Shown: positions 29,109 through 40,830 of the stretch, piece by piece
Layout: every line of letters begins with the position of its first letter
How positions within the stretch are numbered: position 1 is the stretch's first letter
Source: Spirulina sp.
GTDB taxonomy: Bacteria > Cyanobacteriota > Cyanobacteriia > Phormidesmidales > Phormidesmidaceae
Assembly: GCA_044070495.1 (NCBI GenBank)
Contig: JBIPSI010000003.1
Location: 128,001 to 192,000, forward strand
Direction: 5' to 3'
Length of the DNA: 64,000 nucleotides
Position numbers and translations under genes: made by a program
Notes under the pieces: model-generated
What the model saw: only the letters and a program-made list of their open reading frames with translations
The model's database searches: none
What the model was told of the DNA's origin: nothing

Positions 29109-29397
29109 GGTGGCAAGGGGGTGGATAAAGAGTGCGGATAAGCAGGACGGATTGCAGGTCACAGCCCTACCTTGGATCGAGCATAGCGGAAAGCCCTAGA
29201 AAATCCAGCCTAGAAATAGGGGGATTTAATGACATAGCCGATAGGGTGGGGCATAGCAGGGATGACTTTGCCTGAAGATGCCACCGCTGAAATCTTCGAT
29301 GGTGATGGTGATCGTGACCCAGAAGCAAGTTAGGTACAGCCCTCAGTATCATGAAGATAAGGAATCCGCCAAAGCATCCACCTTGGAGAGATACACC

Positions 29398-29652
29398 ATG
29401 GGCAAAGTCATACAAGCGACCTACCACGATGGCAACCTAGTGCTCGATGAAAAGCTAGACATTGCCTTAGAAGGCCGAAAACTCACGCTGATTTTGGTTG
29501 AGGAGACCTCTCCTAGCCACCCAGAGGTTGAGCAAACAGAGAAGGTTCAGGATTTTCTGACATGGGCACAGCAATACTCTGTCAACCTACCACCTGACTA
29601 TAAGTTTGATCGAGAAGAAATCCATGATCGCGACTGTTTTCATCGCTTCTAA
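29398..29652 (+). CDS. Antitoxin-like protein (AF2212/DUF104 type)
   Basis: GGAG RBS; MGKVIQATYHDGNLVL N-terminus and C-terminal FDREEIHDR typical of PIN-associated antitoxins. Confidence 0.65.
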   Translation: MGKVIQATYHDGNLVLDEKLDIALEGRKLTLILVEETSPSHPEVEQTEKVQDFLTWAQQYSVNLPPDYKFDREEIHDRDCFHRF

Positions 29653-29700
29653 TCTTTGAGGCTATGGCTACTAGATCGAGTTGATCCTGATCTTCTCGCT
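29624..29700 (+). pseudogene. Remnant of a PIN/VapC toxin N-terminus
   Basis: Overlapping ATG reads MIATVFIASNL*GY, compared with the PIN consensus ..F(I/V)D(S/T)N(L/I)W(V/I)Y. Confidence 0.5.
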
Positions 29701-29719
29701 TGCAGAGATTTGCTTTCTG

Positions 29720-32056
29720 TTAGGTGTGAGGCATACGCCAGCGCCAGCGGGGACGATTTTGCGAAGGCTGGCTGCGGCGAATGAGTTTCAGTTTTTCGGT
29801 TAAATAGGCGGCATTTTGTTCTTCGCGGCCATAGCGCCAGCGGACGTAGGCATGGGCAATTTCTCCGGCGGCTTGGGCCTGGGTGGCGTGGGTCTTTTGA
29901 TACAGGCGTTGGCTATATTCCAGAGGCGTTTCGCTGGGGCGTTTGGGGTGGCCCTGTTCCTCAAACCAGGCCAGCATTTGTTGATAGAGTTGTTCGGTGG
30001 GGGGCAGTTGCCGCAGTTGCCACTGCCGCCAGCCCAGCCGCAGCCAGATCCAGCCGAGCCAGCCCGCAAAGGCCAGGGCCGTTGCTCCGGCGAGGCCGAG
30101 GACAATGCCCACCCAGCCCAGGCGCATCAACCCACCCAGGGCGCGCACTAAGCTGACTAGAAGGTCTGTGACGAGGAGTCGTACTCCGTCTAAAAATCCC
30201 AGGACGGGGGAAGGCAGCCAGCCTGCGATCCAGTTCCAGAAGCGGCGCACGGTGCTGAAGGTTTCGTATTCGCGCAGGCTGGGGGGTATCAGTTCGTGTC
30301 CGGGGATGGGGTCGAACCCGAACCAGCCGTACTGCGGGAAATAGACCTCCGTGAGGGCGTAGGCATCTACGTTTTGCACCACGTAGAACCCGGTGAAGGG
30401 GTTGAATTGGCCCTCGCCAAAGCCTGCCACCAGTCGGGCCGGAATGCCGATGGATCGCAGCATGATGGTGAGCGTGGTCGGAAAATGGTCGGGGTAACCG
30501 CCCTCGATGATGAAGAGGAAAGCTTCGACTAAATCCTGATCCTCCGCCAAAAAGGGTAGGTCTGTTTCCAGGCTGTAGGGCTGGGTGGGGTCGGGGTAGC
30601 GTTTATAGCGCTGTTTGAGGGTCTGGGCCAGGTACAGGGCTTTTTCGTAGGGATCGGTGAGGGGGGTGGGGGAGGTGGCTAGGAGTTCTTCGGTGCGTTG
30701 GCGGACGCGGTCGCGAATGGCATCGGGCACTTGCAGGTAGTGCTGGCGAATTTCGGCGGGGTATTCCGTGGGGGCTTGGCGCAGCAGGGTGCGATCTCGA
30801 AAGGGCACCCGCGACACCACAGTATAGGTGAGGCCCTGTTCTAGGCCCACGGGAGAACGCAGGCTACCCTCCGGGTCAATCGCCACTTCGCGAGTGGGGA
30901 AGTAGAGTTCTCGCGCTTGGGCGAGGGCCGGAATCAGGTTGGGCAGGTTGCTCACCATGGTGTAGGTCTGCACCACTTCCCGCTGGCGGTTGAGGGTCGG
31001 CTCGATGGGCAGCAGGGTTTGGTTCGAGAACCGCGACCGACTCAGGGTTTGCACCGCTTCGTTGCGAGAGATTTCCCAACCCTGCCCGGTATAACGATCA
31101 AAGGCCAGCACCCGCCAGAACCCTGGAGCCTGGGATCGCACCCGCATCACCACCTCCGGGGTCATCACGCCGCGCAGGTTTTGGTTCATGGTTTGGTTGA
31201 AGCCGTAGTAGGAGGTGTTGTCCACCTGCCCTGGCCCGGTGGTCTGTCCCTGCCCCTGAATGGTGCCGCCGCCTTCCCCAAAGCCCTGATCGCCCTGGCC
31301 ACCATCGTTGATATAGCCTGGATTGATAATGGACTGGCCATCAAAGCCTTCGTCAATGTCAATGGTGGAGCTAACCGGGAAATTTTGAATTTGGTACCCC
31401 GGCAGGCGCGGCAAAAACAGAAAAATGACTAGCCCTAGGGCTACGGTAACGCTCAGCAGGGCCACAAATTGCCGTAGCGTTGGCCCCACCCGCACCTGCC
31501 GCCAAGGCCCTGGCTTTAGCCCCAGGCGCGATTGATAGTCCAGCACCAGCACCGGAATAGCCAGCACCAAAAACAGCAGCAGCATCGGCGCGAAGGAAAA
31601 GGTTTGGCTGATGGTGGCCGCCACCCCCAGCAAAATCAGGCCAATCATCATTGAATAGCCCAGGTCTTTGCGGCGGGGCAGGTCGAAACTGTGGAGCACC
31701 TGGAGCTGGATCAACAACTCCGCCAGGATGATGCGGGTATCTCCCGGTTCTTGCAGCAGCCGCGAGAAAAAGGCCCCCAAGGCTAGCAACATGCCTAGGG
31801 CAATCGCGAACTTCATGGCCGTATTGCGCTTGCGTCGCCGCTGCCAGCTATAGATCGCCCCCACAATGCTGAGGGGAATGGCCAACAGGTTCCACAGGGA
31901 GGTTTGCGTCACCCCTACCGCCGCCACCGCCACCGAGGCGATTCCTACGGTTACCAGCCCCTGCACCAGCACCCGCAGCAGAATCGATTCCTCGACTTCA
32001 GCGGGATCGGTGGGCAGGGCTAAGCGACTCTTGGCAAACCACTGGGCAGGAACCAT
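29720..32056 (-). CDS. Transglutaminase-like membrane protein (TgpA; DUF3488/DUF4129)
   Basis: N-terminal TMs, MLRSIGIPARLVAGF, EVYFP.YGW..FDP, ETPLEY. Confidence 0.9.
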   Translation of the reverse strand: MVPAQWFAKSRLALPTDPAEVEESILLRVLVQGLVTVGIASVAVAAVGVTQTSLWNLLAIPLSIVGAIYSWQRRRKRNTAMKFAIALGMLLALGAFFSRLLQEPGDTRIILAELLIQLQVLHSFDLPRRKDLGYSMMIGLILLGVAATISQTFSFAPMLLLFLVLAIPVLVLDYQSRLGLKPGPWRQVRVGPTLRQFVALLSVTVALGLVIFLFLPRLPGYQIQNFPVSSTIDIDEGFDGQSIINPGYINDGGQGDQGFGEGGGTIQGQGQTTGPGQVDNTSYYGFNQTMNQNLRGVMTPEVVMRVRSQAPGFWRVLAFDRYTGQGWEISRNEAVQTLSRSRFSNQTLLPIEPTLNRQREVVQTYTMVSNLPNLIPALAQARELYFPTREVAIDPEGSLRSPVGLEQGLTYTVVSRVPFRDRTLLRQAPTEYPAEIRQHYLQVPDAIRDRVRQRTEELLATSPTPLTDPYEKALYLAQTLKQRYKRYPDPTQPYSLETDLPFLAEDQDLVEAFLFIIEGGYPDHFPTTLTIMLRSIGIPARLVAGFGEGQFNPFTGFYVVQNVDAYALTEVYFPQYGWFGFDPIPGHELIPPSLREYETFSTVRRFWNWIAGWLPSPVLGFLDGVRLLVTDLLVSLVRALGGLMRLGWVGIVLGLAGATALAFAGWLGWIWLRLGWRQWQLRQLPPTEQLYQQMLAWFEEQGHPKRPSETPLEYSQRLYQKTHATQAQAAGEIAHAYVRWRYGREEQNAAYLTEKLKLIRRSQPSQNRPRWRWRMPHT

Positions 32057-32106
32057 AGGGCATCAAGCACGGGCAACGCCTCCATCCTAGCCCAGTCGCC
32101 CAGGCC

Positions 32107-33801
32107 TTACAGCGTGTACATCAACAGCAGCACTAGCAACCCATAGACCCCCCAGGCCAGGATGGGGGGAACCCCTAGCCCGGTGAGTCCCATCGTTACC
32201 CCCAGGCCCACCAGCCCCAGCACCACCACAATCAGCAGCCACACCAGCCAGCACAGCTTAGACAGGGTGGCGGTCAAGCTATTTTGCTGATCCACCAGAA
32301 TGGGCTGATCCGGGAGGATACGTTCTCCGGTGAGGATGAACTGGGCCAGGGACGGGTGGTTGGCGGCGTTGAGGGCGGCTCCATGGCCCCCGTGAAAGTA
32401 GCGATCAAAGGAGCTTTCCTTGGGCGTATCGTCTTGAAAGCCGTTGTGCCCAGCGGTGCCGAGGTCGGCCCAGTGCAGCAACTCAAACAGACCAGGAAAG
32501 ACGCCCACAATCCAGTCGGCGGAGGCAATGTCATTGCGGATGGCCTGCACCCGCCCCTCTGCCCGCAGCCGATCCCAGGGGTATTGCTTGGGCACCACGC
32601 TGCCCGCAAAGGCGACATGGTAAATGCGGCAGGCCCGATACCGTTCTAGGGCGCTGGCCAGCAGATAGGTGCCATTGCTGTGGCCCACATAGCTGATCTT
32701 GGCGTGGGGATACCGAGCCAGGGCTTCGGTGTAGCGATCCATAAACCAGCGAACGTTGACCTGACGCGCCCCAAAAAACAAAAACCGCAGCATAGGAAAG
32801 TAGCCATAGCCCGCCGTAATCGTTTCTACGGATTGGCCCATCTGCTGGGCGGCGGTTTCAATGGCCTCACTCACTCGAATCGTCCACAGCCCCATATCGC
32901 GAATGCCGTGCATGACAAACACCACATGGTCGATGGTTTGGCCGACATCCTGGCTATTCACCACGCCATCGCCCTCCAGTTGGTCGATGGGGGTGGTCGC
33001 GGCTTGCAGAAACTTGGCCCGACGATAGGGGCCAACCTCCGCCGCCCGAAAGTCGCAGATGGAGGAATGCCCCGTATCGCGGAGCTTGATGTAGCGAAAG
33101 TTGGCATCGGCCAGCACATCAATGTTGTCTTCCTCGGAGACCACATCGTCTAAATCCCCCAGCAGTTGAATCGTGGGCGGAAGCTGAAAATCGGCGGCTT
33201 GGCTGAGGCGAATCCACTGCACCCGCAAATTCGCCACAAAGGGCGATCCCCGCCGCATTTGGGATAATAGCTGGCCCAAACCCAGCCGAGGAATCGTCGC
33301 CCACCCAATCCGCTGAAGCACATACAGGCCCCAGGGGGTTGCTTTGGGCTTGAGATTAGACAATCCACGATTAATCGCCGCCATCAGCACAATGCGCTCG
33401 ACCTTGGTGGCCCAGGGCATGGGTTTGGCCTTGCGCAGCAGAGTTTCATCGTCGCCGTAACCCATGGCAATCAGGTAGGTTTTTCGGATAATCAGCCCAC
33501 CAAGGCTGTAGCCGATCAGGATAATTCGCTCGTACTGTCCTCCATCCCCCCGCTGGGATCGGGCCTGGTCGGCCTCGTGGATGTACTCCACTAGCTGATC
33601 AGCCACCCGCCGAGGATCGACATTCGAGAGCACATCGGCCCGATAGCGGGGCACCATCAAGTCCGCATCGGGTAGCCCCTCCCGTAGGGCATCACACCAA
33701 TCTTCGACCTGCTTGCCCAAGCCGTGCAGAATCACAACCAAGGTGGATGAGGCCCCGTGGGGAGTAGGGGTGGTGGCGGTGAGCAACCGGGAGTTCGCCA
33801 T
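32107..33801 (-). CDS. Tandem alpha/beta-hydrolase with C-terminal membrane anchor
   Basis: Domain 1 ILHGL..GYSLG; domain 2 VMHGI..GHSNG; two C-terminal TMs. Confidence 0.75.
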   Translation of the reverse strand: MANSRLLTATTPTPHGASSTLVVILHGLGKQVEDWCDALREGLPDADLMVPRYRADVLSNVDPRRVADQLVEYIHEADQARSQRGDGGQYERIILIGYSLGGLIIRKTYLIAMGYGDDETLLRKAKPMPWATKVERIVLMAAINRGLSNLKPKATPWGLYVLQRIGWATIPRLGLGQLLSQMRRGSPFVANLRVQWIRLSQAADFQLPPTIQLLGDLDDVVSEEDNIDVLADANFRYIKLRDTGHSSICDFRAAEVGPYRRAKFLQAATTPIDQLEGDGVVNSQDVGQTIDHVVFVMHGIRDMGLWTIRVSEAIETAAQQMGQSVETITAGYGYFPMLRFLFFGARQVNVRWFMDRYTEALARYPHAKISYVGHSNGTYLLASALERYRACRIYHVAFAGSVVPKQYPWDRLRAEGRVQAIRNDIASADWIVGVFPGLFELLHWADLGTAGHNGFQDDTPKESSFDRYFHGGHGAALNAANHPSLAQFILTGERILPDQPILVDQQNSLTATLSKLCWLVWLLIVVVLGLVGLGVTMGLTGLGVPPILAWGVYGLLVLLLMYTL

Positions 33802-34030
33802 GGCAGCAACCAGTCATTATCACCACGAGAATAGCGGTGAATCTGCCTTAGCACCGTTAACTTTTTGTGGTTGAACCCCTGCTATCAAACCAGGCAACCG
33901 TTGCTAAGCTGCCATGAAAGTTTGGGAGGTCAGATCCTCCCCAAAAGCAGAACCCAACCCCCACAGCAGGAATTGGGTTCTGTTTCGTTACACTCAGCCG
34001 ATCAGGCTAGGACAGGGGCGAGGATTTAGC

Positions 34031-35410
<1,380 letters not shown>

Positions 35411-35713
35411 CTACCGAGTTAAAGCCCTGAAATAGCGTACCTTTGGCAACGATTATCCGGTCGAGAGCCGTCCGGTCGAGAGCCTGCTTAGGGGAGACAG
35501 CCCAGATCAGACCTCTGCTCCTTGCCTAGGTGGATAGTACCGGAGATCGTTCCAGGGACAAGGAATGCTTACAATCCCCTAAGGATCGCTGTCCTTGGCG
35601 ATGGCCATCTGCCAACTCAGTCGCCGCCAACAACCCAGGGGCTATTCAGGATTTCCGAGGACAATCCAGGTGGGGATCAAGATTTTTCCGCAATCTCATC
35701 AAGCCCTGACAGA

Positions 35714-36115
35714 TCATCCCTGGGCTGTCGCCGAGAGAATACCCTGGCACTGGGGACAAAGGCCGAAAAATTCTAGGGTGTGGTAGAAAATTTTGAACTG
35801 GTGAGTCTGGTGAAGCTGCTGCTCTAGGGCGTGGACGGGGCATTCATCAATGGCGATGGAAATACCGCACTGCAAACAGGTGAGGTGGTGGCGATCCTCC
35901 TGGGGCAGGCTGTAGAGGGCTTCCCCGGAGGGTAGGGTACGCATTTGTACAGCCCCCTCCAGTTTTAGGGCATCCAGGGCACGATAAATCGTGGCTAAAC
36001 CCATGGTGGCCCCCTCCTGCCGCATTTCGATATAAAGGGATTGGGCGGAGATCGGCTGGCTCACGCCCTTGAGGGTCGATAGAATTTTTTCTTGACTGCG
36101 GGTGCGTCGCGCCAT
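35714..36115 (-). CDS. zur: Zinc uptake regulator (FurB/Zur)
   Basis: TRSQE.IL, GLAT.YR.L.ALKLEG, HHLTCLQC, FFGLC..C. Confidence 0.88.
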   Translation of the reverse strand: MARRTRSQEKILSTLKGVSQPISAQSLYIEMRQEGATMGLATIYRALDALKLEGAVQMRTLPSGEALYSLPQEDRHHLTCLQCGISIAIDECPVHALEQQLHQTHQFKIFYHTLEFFGLCPQCQGILSATAQG

Positions 36116-36260
36116 GCTTGCTCGTTCGTGCTGCCTCTATTCTACCAACCCACGGGATGGGGTAGGATGGGGCTGGTTCGCGATTGATCCGGTAACCGTT
36201 GGTTCGGTTGCGACGGAGTTGGTTGCGATGTTTCCAGTTCAGTCCGTGGCGGAGTCGGCC

Positions 36261-36527
36261 ATGCCTCAGTATAGCGCTCGTATTTATGTCACCCTACGTC
36301 CGTCGGTGCTCGATCCGGCGGGTACAGCCGTGCAGTCTGGGTTGGCCCATATGGGCTACACCAATGTCGATTCTATCCGCATCGGCAAGTACATCGAACT
36401 TTCCCTAGAAGCCACCGACGAAGCTGCCGCCAATCAGCAGATCGACCGCATGTGCGATCAGCTTTTGGCCAACCCCGTTATTGAGAATTATCGTTTTGAG
36501 TTGGAAACCCTGGCGGTTCCGGTATAG
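36261..36527 (+). CDS. purS: FGAM synthase subunit PurS
   Basis: VLDPAG, GKYIE, LLANPVIENY. Confidence 0.95.
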   Translation: MPQYSARIYVTLRPSVLDPAGTAVQSGLAHMGYTNVDSIRIGKYIELSLEATDEAAANQQIDRMCDQLLANPVIENYRFELETLAVPV

Positions 36528-36544
36528 GACGGCTGGCGTTTGGA

Positions 36545-36573
36545 ATTCAAAGTTCAAAATTCAAAGTTCAAAG
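36545..36573. repeat. Heptamer short tandem repeat (STRR-like)
   Basis: AATTCAA-AGTTCAA-AATTCAA-AGTTCAA. Confidence 0.7.
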
Positions 36574-36607
36574 TCCCTAGGACATCACACCTTACCCCTG
36601 CACCCCG

Positions 36608-37309
36608 ATGAAATTTGGCGTAATTGTTTTTCCTGGGGCCAACTGCGACCGCGATGTGGCCTACGTTACCCGCGATTTGCTGGGTCAACCAACGCGCATG
36701 GTTTGGCACGAAGACAGCGACCTCAGCGACCTAGATGTGGTGGTGGTGCCGGGGGGCTTTAGCTACGGCGACTATCTACGCTGTGGGGCGATTGCTCGAT
36801 TCTCTCCGGCCATGCAGGCCACCGTGGCCCACGCCAACCAGGGGAAATGGGTGCTGGGCATCTGCAACGGGTTTCAAATTTTGACCGAAGTGGGTCTACT
36901 GCCCGGTGCCCTGGTGCGAAATCGGGATATGCAGTTTATCTGTGATCGGGTGCCCCTGCGGATTGAGCGTACGACATTGCCCTTTACCGAAGGCTACAGC
37001 CAGGGCCAAGTCATCACCCTACCCATTGCCCACGGCGAAGGCAGCTACTACGCCGATGCCGCTACCCTGGCGGAACTGGAGGAACATCAGCAGGTGGTCT
37101 TGCGCTACTGCGATACCCAGGGCAACATCACCGACGGGGCCAACCCCAACGGGTCGCTGAACAACATTGCCGGAATCTGCAACCGCCAGGGCAACGTCTT
37201 GGGCCTGATGCCCCACCCCGAACGGGCGTCTGACTCTCTGCTGGGCAGTACCGACGGTTTGGCCATGTTCCAAAGCCTGCTTCAGGCCAAGGTTGCCGTT
37301 ACCGCCTAG
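36608..37309 (+). CDS. purQ: FGAM synthase subunit PurQ
   Basis: [24 protein letters not shown]. Confidence 0.97.
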   Translation: MKFGVIVFPGANCDRDVAYVTRDLLGQPTRMVWHEDSDLSDLDVVVVPGGFSYGDYLRCGAIARFSPAMQATVAHANQGKWVLGICNGFQILTEVGLLPGALVRNRDMQFICDRVPLRIERTTLPFTEGYSQGQVITLPIAHGEGSYYADAATLAELEEHQQVVLRYCDTQGNITDGANPNGSLNNIAGICNRQGNVLGLMPHPERASDSLLGSTDGLAMFQSLLQAKVAVTA

Positions 37310-37399
37310 TCTGCCCCTGGCTACCTGATTCCAACGACGCGCTATTCCGATTCCGACGCCTTCAAGCATGATCTCTGCCCTTAATCGCTTGGTCTTGCC

Positions 37400-37849
37400 A
37401 TGATAGTGCTAGAAGCCCGTCCCCTCGGCTTGTTTCTCAACTGCGGCTACGGAATCTATCAAGGTTCGCAACGCGTGGCTAAGGTGAAATTTAGTGCCTG
37501 GGGATCCGGGGGAAGGGTGATCACTCCTTCGGGCCGCTACCGGGTAAGGCTGCGGGGGCATCTGCTCAAAAACACCACCTGCCTTATGCAGGGGAAGACG
37601 ACCGTGGCCGAGGCCAAATCTCCCCTGGTGCCGCCTGTAATTCGCCTTATTTATGGGGAGCGCACCTATGAAGTCAATATGCTGAACAATACCCTTGCGG
37701 TGGAGGAGGAGGTCGTCATCAACGCCTTTCACACCCAAGTACCACCCTGGTATCGGCGGCGGGAGCAGTTTACCTTACCCGATGCCCTGCCGCAGACCCA
37801 CCAACTTCTCCTCGTGTGGATGGCGCTGGAGGGAAAGCTATCGGACTAA
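37400..37849 (+). CDS. Hypothetical protein (beta-rich)
   Basis: ORF fills the gap between purQ and convergent purH. Confidence 0.6.
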   Translation: MIVLEARPLGLFLNCGYGIYQGSQRVAKVKFSAWGSGGRVITPSGRYRVRLRGHLLKNTTCLMQGKTTVAEAKSPLVPPVIRLIYGERTYEVNMLNNTLAVEEEVVINAFHTQVPPWYRRREQFTLPDALPQTHQLLLVWMALEGKLSD

Positions 37850-37924
37850 CTCTAGCTTTTACCTTGATTCAGGACATCTGGCTGGGCAGTGCCACACCCA
37901 GCTAGATGTCCCAGGGGCATGAAC

Positions 37925-39472
37925 TTAGTGCAGGAAATGCCGCACCCCCGTGAGGGCCATGATAATCCCCAGTTCGTTGGCGGCTTTGATGGAGTCTTCA
38001 TCCCGGCGGCTGCCCCCCGGTTGCACAATGGCGCGAATGCCAGCGGCGGCGGCGGTGCGGACGGAATCATCGAAGGGGAAGAAGCCATCGCTGGCCAGGA
38101 TGGCACCCTGGGCCTTGTCTCCGGCCTGGGTGAGGGCGATGCCAACGGAGCCAACTCGGTTCATTTGGCCAGCGCCCACGCCGAGGGTTTGGTGTTGACT
38201 GGTGACCACAATGGCGTTGGATTTGACGTGCTTCACCACCCGCCAAGCAAAGAGTAATTCCGACAGATCCGCCTCGGTGGGTTTGGCTTCGGTGACGATC
38301 TGCCAGGTGGCGGGGTCGTCGCGGAGGGTGTCGGGGTTTTGCAGCAAAAAGCCCCCAGCAATGGCCATCACCGCCTGCTTTGGCCCGGTCAGCAGGTCTT
38401 CTAGCACCAGCACACGCAGGTTTTGCTTTTTGGCTAGGATGTCCCGCGCCGCCGCATCGCAACCGGGGGCGACAATGCATTCCAAGAACGTGCCCGTGAG
38501 TTGTTGGGCGGTGTCGGCATCGATGGCCCGATTCAGCACCACAATGCCCCCAAAGGCGGAGGTGGAATCGGCATCGTAGGCCCGCTGGTAGGCGGTGGCG
38601 AGGGTGTCGCCCATGGCCACGCCGCAGGGGTTGGTGTGCTTGAGCACGGCGGCGGCGGGCTGGTCGTCGGGAAATTCGGCAATGATGCGGCGGGCGGCTT
38701 CGAGATCCACCAGGTTGTTGTAGCTCAGTTCTTTGCCCTGGAGTTGTTCGGCTCCGGCCCAGCCCGTGGCCGTAGCCCCTGTGCGGTACCAGGCGGCGCT
38801 TTGGTGGGGGTTTTCGCCGTAGCGCAGGGTGGCGTGTTGCTGGCCGATCATGGCCCACTGGGGGGGCATTCCTTCACCGTCGCTATTCGCCTGGGTGAGG
38901 TAGGTGGCGATGGCTTGGTCGTAATTCGCCGTGTGCCAGAAGGCTGCCTGGGCGCAGGCTTGACGGAAGCTCAGCGGCACCTGGCCCTGGTTAGCCCGCA
39001 GAGCTTCTAGATAATCGGCATACTGGCTGGGCTGGCAGAGAATGGTGAGATAGGCGTGGTTTTTGGCCGCCGCCCTTACCATGGTGGGGCCACCGATGTC
39101 GATTTGCTCGATGGCCTCTGGCAGGGTAACGCCTGCCTTGGCAATGGTTTGCTCGAAGGGGTAGAGGTTGACCACCACCAGGTCGAAGGGGCGAATGTTG
39201 TTGGCGGCCAGATCAGCCTCATCCTGGGCCATGTCGGGCCTCGCCAAAATGCCGCCGTGGATGCGGGGATGCAGCGTTTTCACCCGTCCACCCAAAATTT
39301 CTGGCGATCCCGTATAGTCCGAAACCTTGGTCACGGGTAGCCCCGCTTCCGCCAAGGTGCGAGCCGTGCCGCCGCTGCTGACAATCTCAAATCCAAATTC
39401 GCTAACGAGCGCCTGGGCCAATTCCACTAGGCCCGTTTTGTCCGATACGCTCAGCAGTGCCAGCCGTGCCAT
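37925..39472 (-). CDS. purH: Bifunctional AICAR transformylase/IMP cyclohydrolase
   Basis: LSVSDKTG, RVKTLHP, YGENPHQ, KHTNPCG, SDGFFPF. Confidence 0.97.
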   Translation of the reverse strand: MARLALLSVSDKTGLVELAQALVSEFGFEIVSSGGTARTLAEAGLPVTKVSDYTGSPEILGGRVKTLHPRIHGGILARPDMAQDEADLAANNIRPFDLVVVNLYPFEQTIAKAGVTLPEAIEQIDIGGPTMVRAAAKNHAYLTILCQPSQYADYLEALRANQGQVPLSFRQACAQAAFWHTANYDQAIATYLTQANSDGEGMPPQWAMIGQQHATLRYGENPHQSAAWYRTGATATGWAGAEQLQGKELSYNNLVDLEAARRIIAEFPDDQPAAAVLKHTNPCGVAMGDTLATAYQRAYDADSTSAFGGIVVLNRAIDADTAQQLTGTFLECIVAPGCDAAARDILAKKQNLRVLVLEDLLTGPKQAVMAIAGGFLLQNPDTLRDDPATWQIVTEAKPTEADLSELLFAWRVVKHVKSNAIVVTSQHQTLGVGAGQMNRVGSVGIALTQAGDKAQGAILASDGFFPFDDSVRTAAAAGIRAIVQPGGSRRDEDSIKAANELGIIMALTGVRHFLH

Positions 39473-39632
39473 AATCCTTACCCTATCGTTTCTGCAAGCC
39501 CTTACTATATCGAAAAAGGTAGGCCAAACCACCCCAGCAACCCGCCATGGGAGGGTCTAGCAGGGTGGTTACAGCCTTCAGAACGCAAGAATTGACCTGG
39601 CTGCCTGACCCATCTCCCAAGTAGGTTGGGTA

Positions 39633-39717
39633 GTAGGTTGGGTGCAGCGAAGCGGAACCCAACACTCGCCGAGGATTTCGGACTTGTTGGGTTCTGCTAT
39701 CGCGCCACCCAACCTAC
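39633..39717. repeat. REPIN (inverted doublet of GTAG-type REPs, family C)
   Basis: GTAGGTTGGGTG..AACCCAACA..TGTTGGGTT..CACCCAACCTAC; extra 12-bp GTAGGTTGGGTA copy at 39621. Confidence 0.8.
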
Positions 39718-39762
39718 GAGAGATCAAGGCTTTTCGGCGTTGTGTCAGTCAGGAGATTGACT

Positions 39763-40245
39763 TTAAATGGCTAGGCCCAACTGCACCCCCAGGAAGGCAT
39801 GGATGAACATCACCCCCAGGGCCACGGTGCCCAAGTAGGCGTGAACGGTGCGTAGAACGGGCTGCCCCCCGCCGAATTTGGTGATGGAAATGGCTCCGTT
39901 GGTGGCGAGTAGGCCGATAACTAGGGTTCCCGTCCAAAAGTGGGCGCTTTCAAACAGGGGTTGGCCCTGCATTACCAAGGACAGCACGCCGCCGGTGTAG
40001 CCCAGGGTAATAAACGTGAACATCCACAGGGCCAGGCGCTTGTGCATGGTGCGTTTCTCGGCCATTTTCTCGGCATCGCTGCCCAACCGCCCCTGCCAGC
40101 CCGCCCAGGCGGTGTAGGAACCCATCACAAAAACCACAATTCCCATCATCAGGGGATGCCCCCAGTGAACGATGGGTTCGGGGGTGCCAAAGCCCGCAAA
40201 CCAGTCGGCAATGAGCTGCAAAAAGCCGCGAATCGTTTCAACCAT
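39763..40245 (-). CDS. DUF4079 membrane protein
   Basis: HWGHPLMM, ESAHFWTG, HAYLG. Confidence 0.88.
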   Translation of the reverse strand: MVETIRGFLQLIADWFAGFGTPEPIVHWGHPLMMGIVVFVMGSYTAWAGWQGRLGSDAEKMAEKRTMHKRLALWMFTFITLGYTGGVLSLVMQGQPLFESAHFWTGTLVIGLLATNGAISITKFGGGQPVLRTVHAYLGTVALGVMFIHAFLGVQLGLAI

Positions 40246-40321
40246 AATGTCCTCCTAAAGACTCTCTCCTAAACTCCGTCGATCACAACGTCCCTACTAA
40301 CCCACCCTTACGGGAAGCAAG

Positions 40322-40635
40322 CTACACCCCCAGACCCTCTCCCAGGGAGGCTACAGCCCATACACATCTTGTTTTTAGGCCGCAAGTCCTTGGAGCTCCC
40401 CCTAAAGCCCTCTTGGGAAGGGGGACTTTGGATTCAGTTTCCCCTTTTGAAGGGGGACTTTGAATCCAGTTCCCCCCTTGAGAAGGGGGGCTAGGGGGGA
40501 TCAACCCCAGGAACCAAGCCCAATAGAGACTGATGTATGAGCGGTAGCCCAACCTAGGAGAAGGTCTTTGATGCGTTTCCGGCTCCCCTCGCCCCCTGGG
40601 AGAGGGGTTGGGGTGAGGGCCGCAAGGACTTTGTT
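40322..40635. repeat. Composite cluster of CCCC/GGGG hairpin repeats (nested MITE-like elements)
   Basis: Repeated AAGGGGGACTTTG, CCCCCCTT..AAGGGGGGCTAGGGGGGATC and GGGAGAGGGGTTGGGGTGAGGG, shared with copies near 27700, 56600 and 60150. Confidence 0.75.
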
Positions 40636-40830
40636 CTCTGTTGATCCTAGATGTGCAATCTACTGCAACAGCGTTCAGCGCGTTTGTTGCCGCGAACTCT
40701 CCTACCGTGCCATATTTTCTGGCCCCTAGGGGTTATTTTGCAGCGGTGATTGATGACAATCTTGATCCCAGGGTCATCGGGGTGGGGCAGCGGTTTGATA
40801 GAGTCGATACAGGCATTCCCCGATACTTTT

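Noticed and set aside
40322..40552. Short ORFs in hairpin repeats (also 27704-27889, 39483-39665, 56529-56711)
   Set aside because: Translations of non-coding repeat sequence
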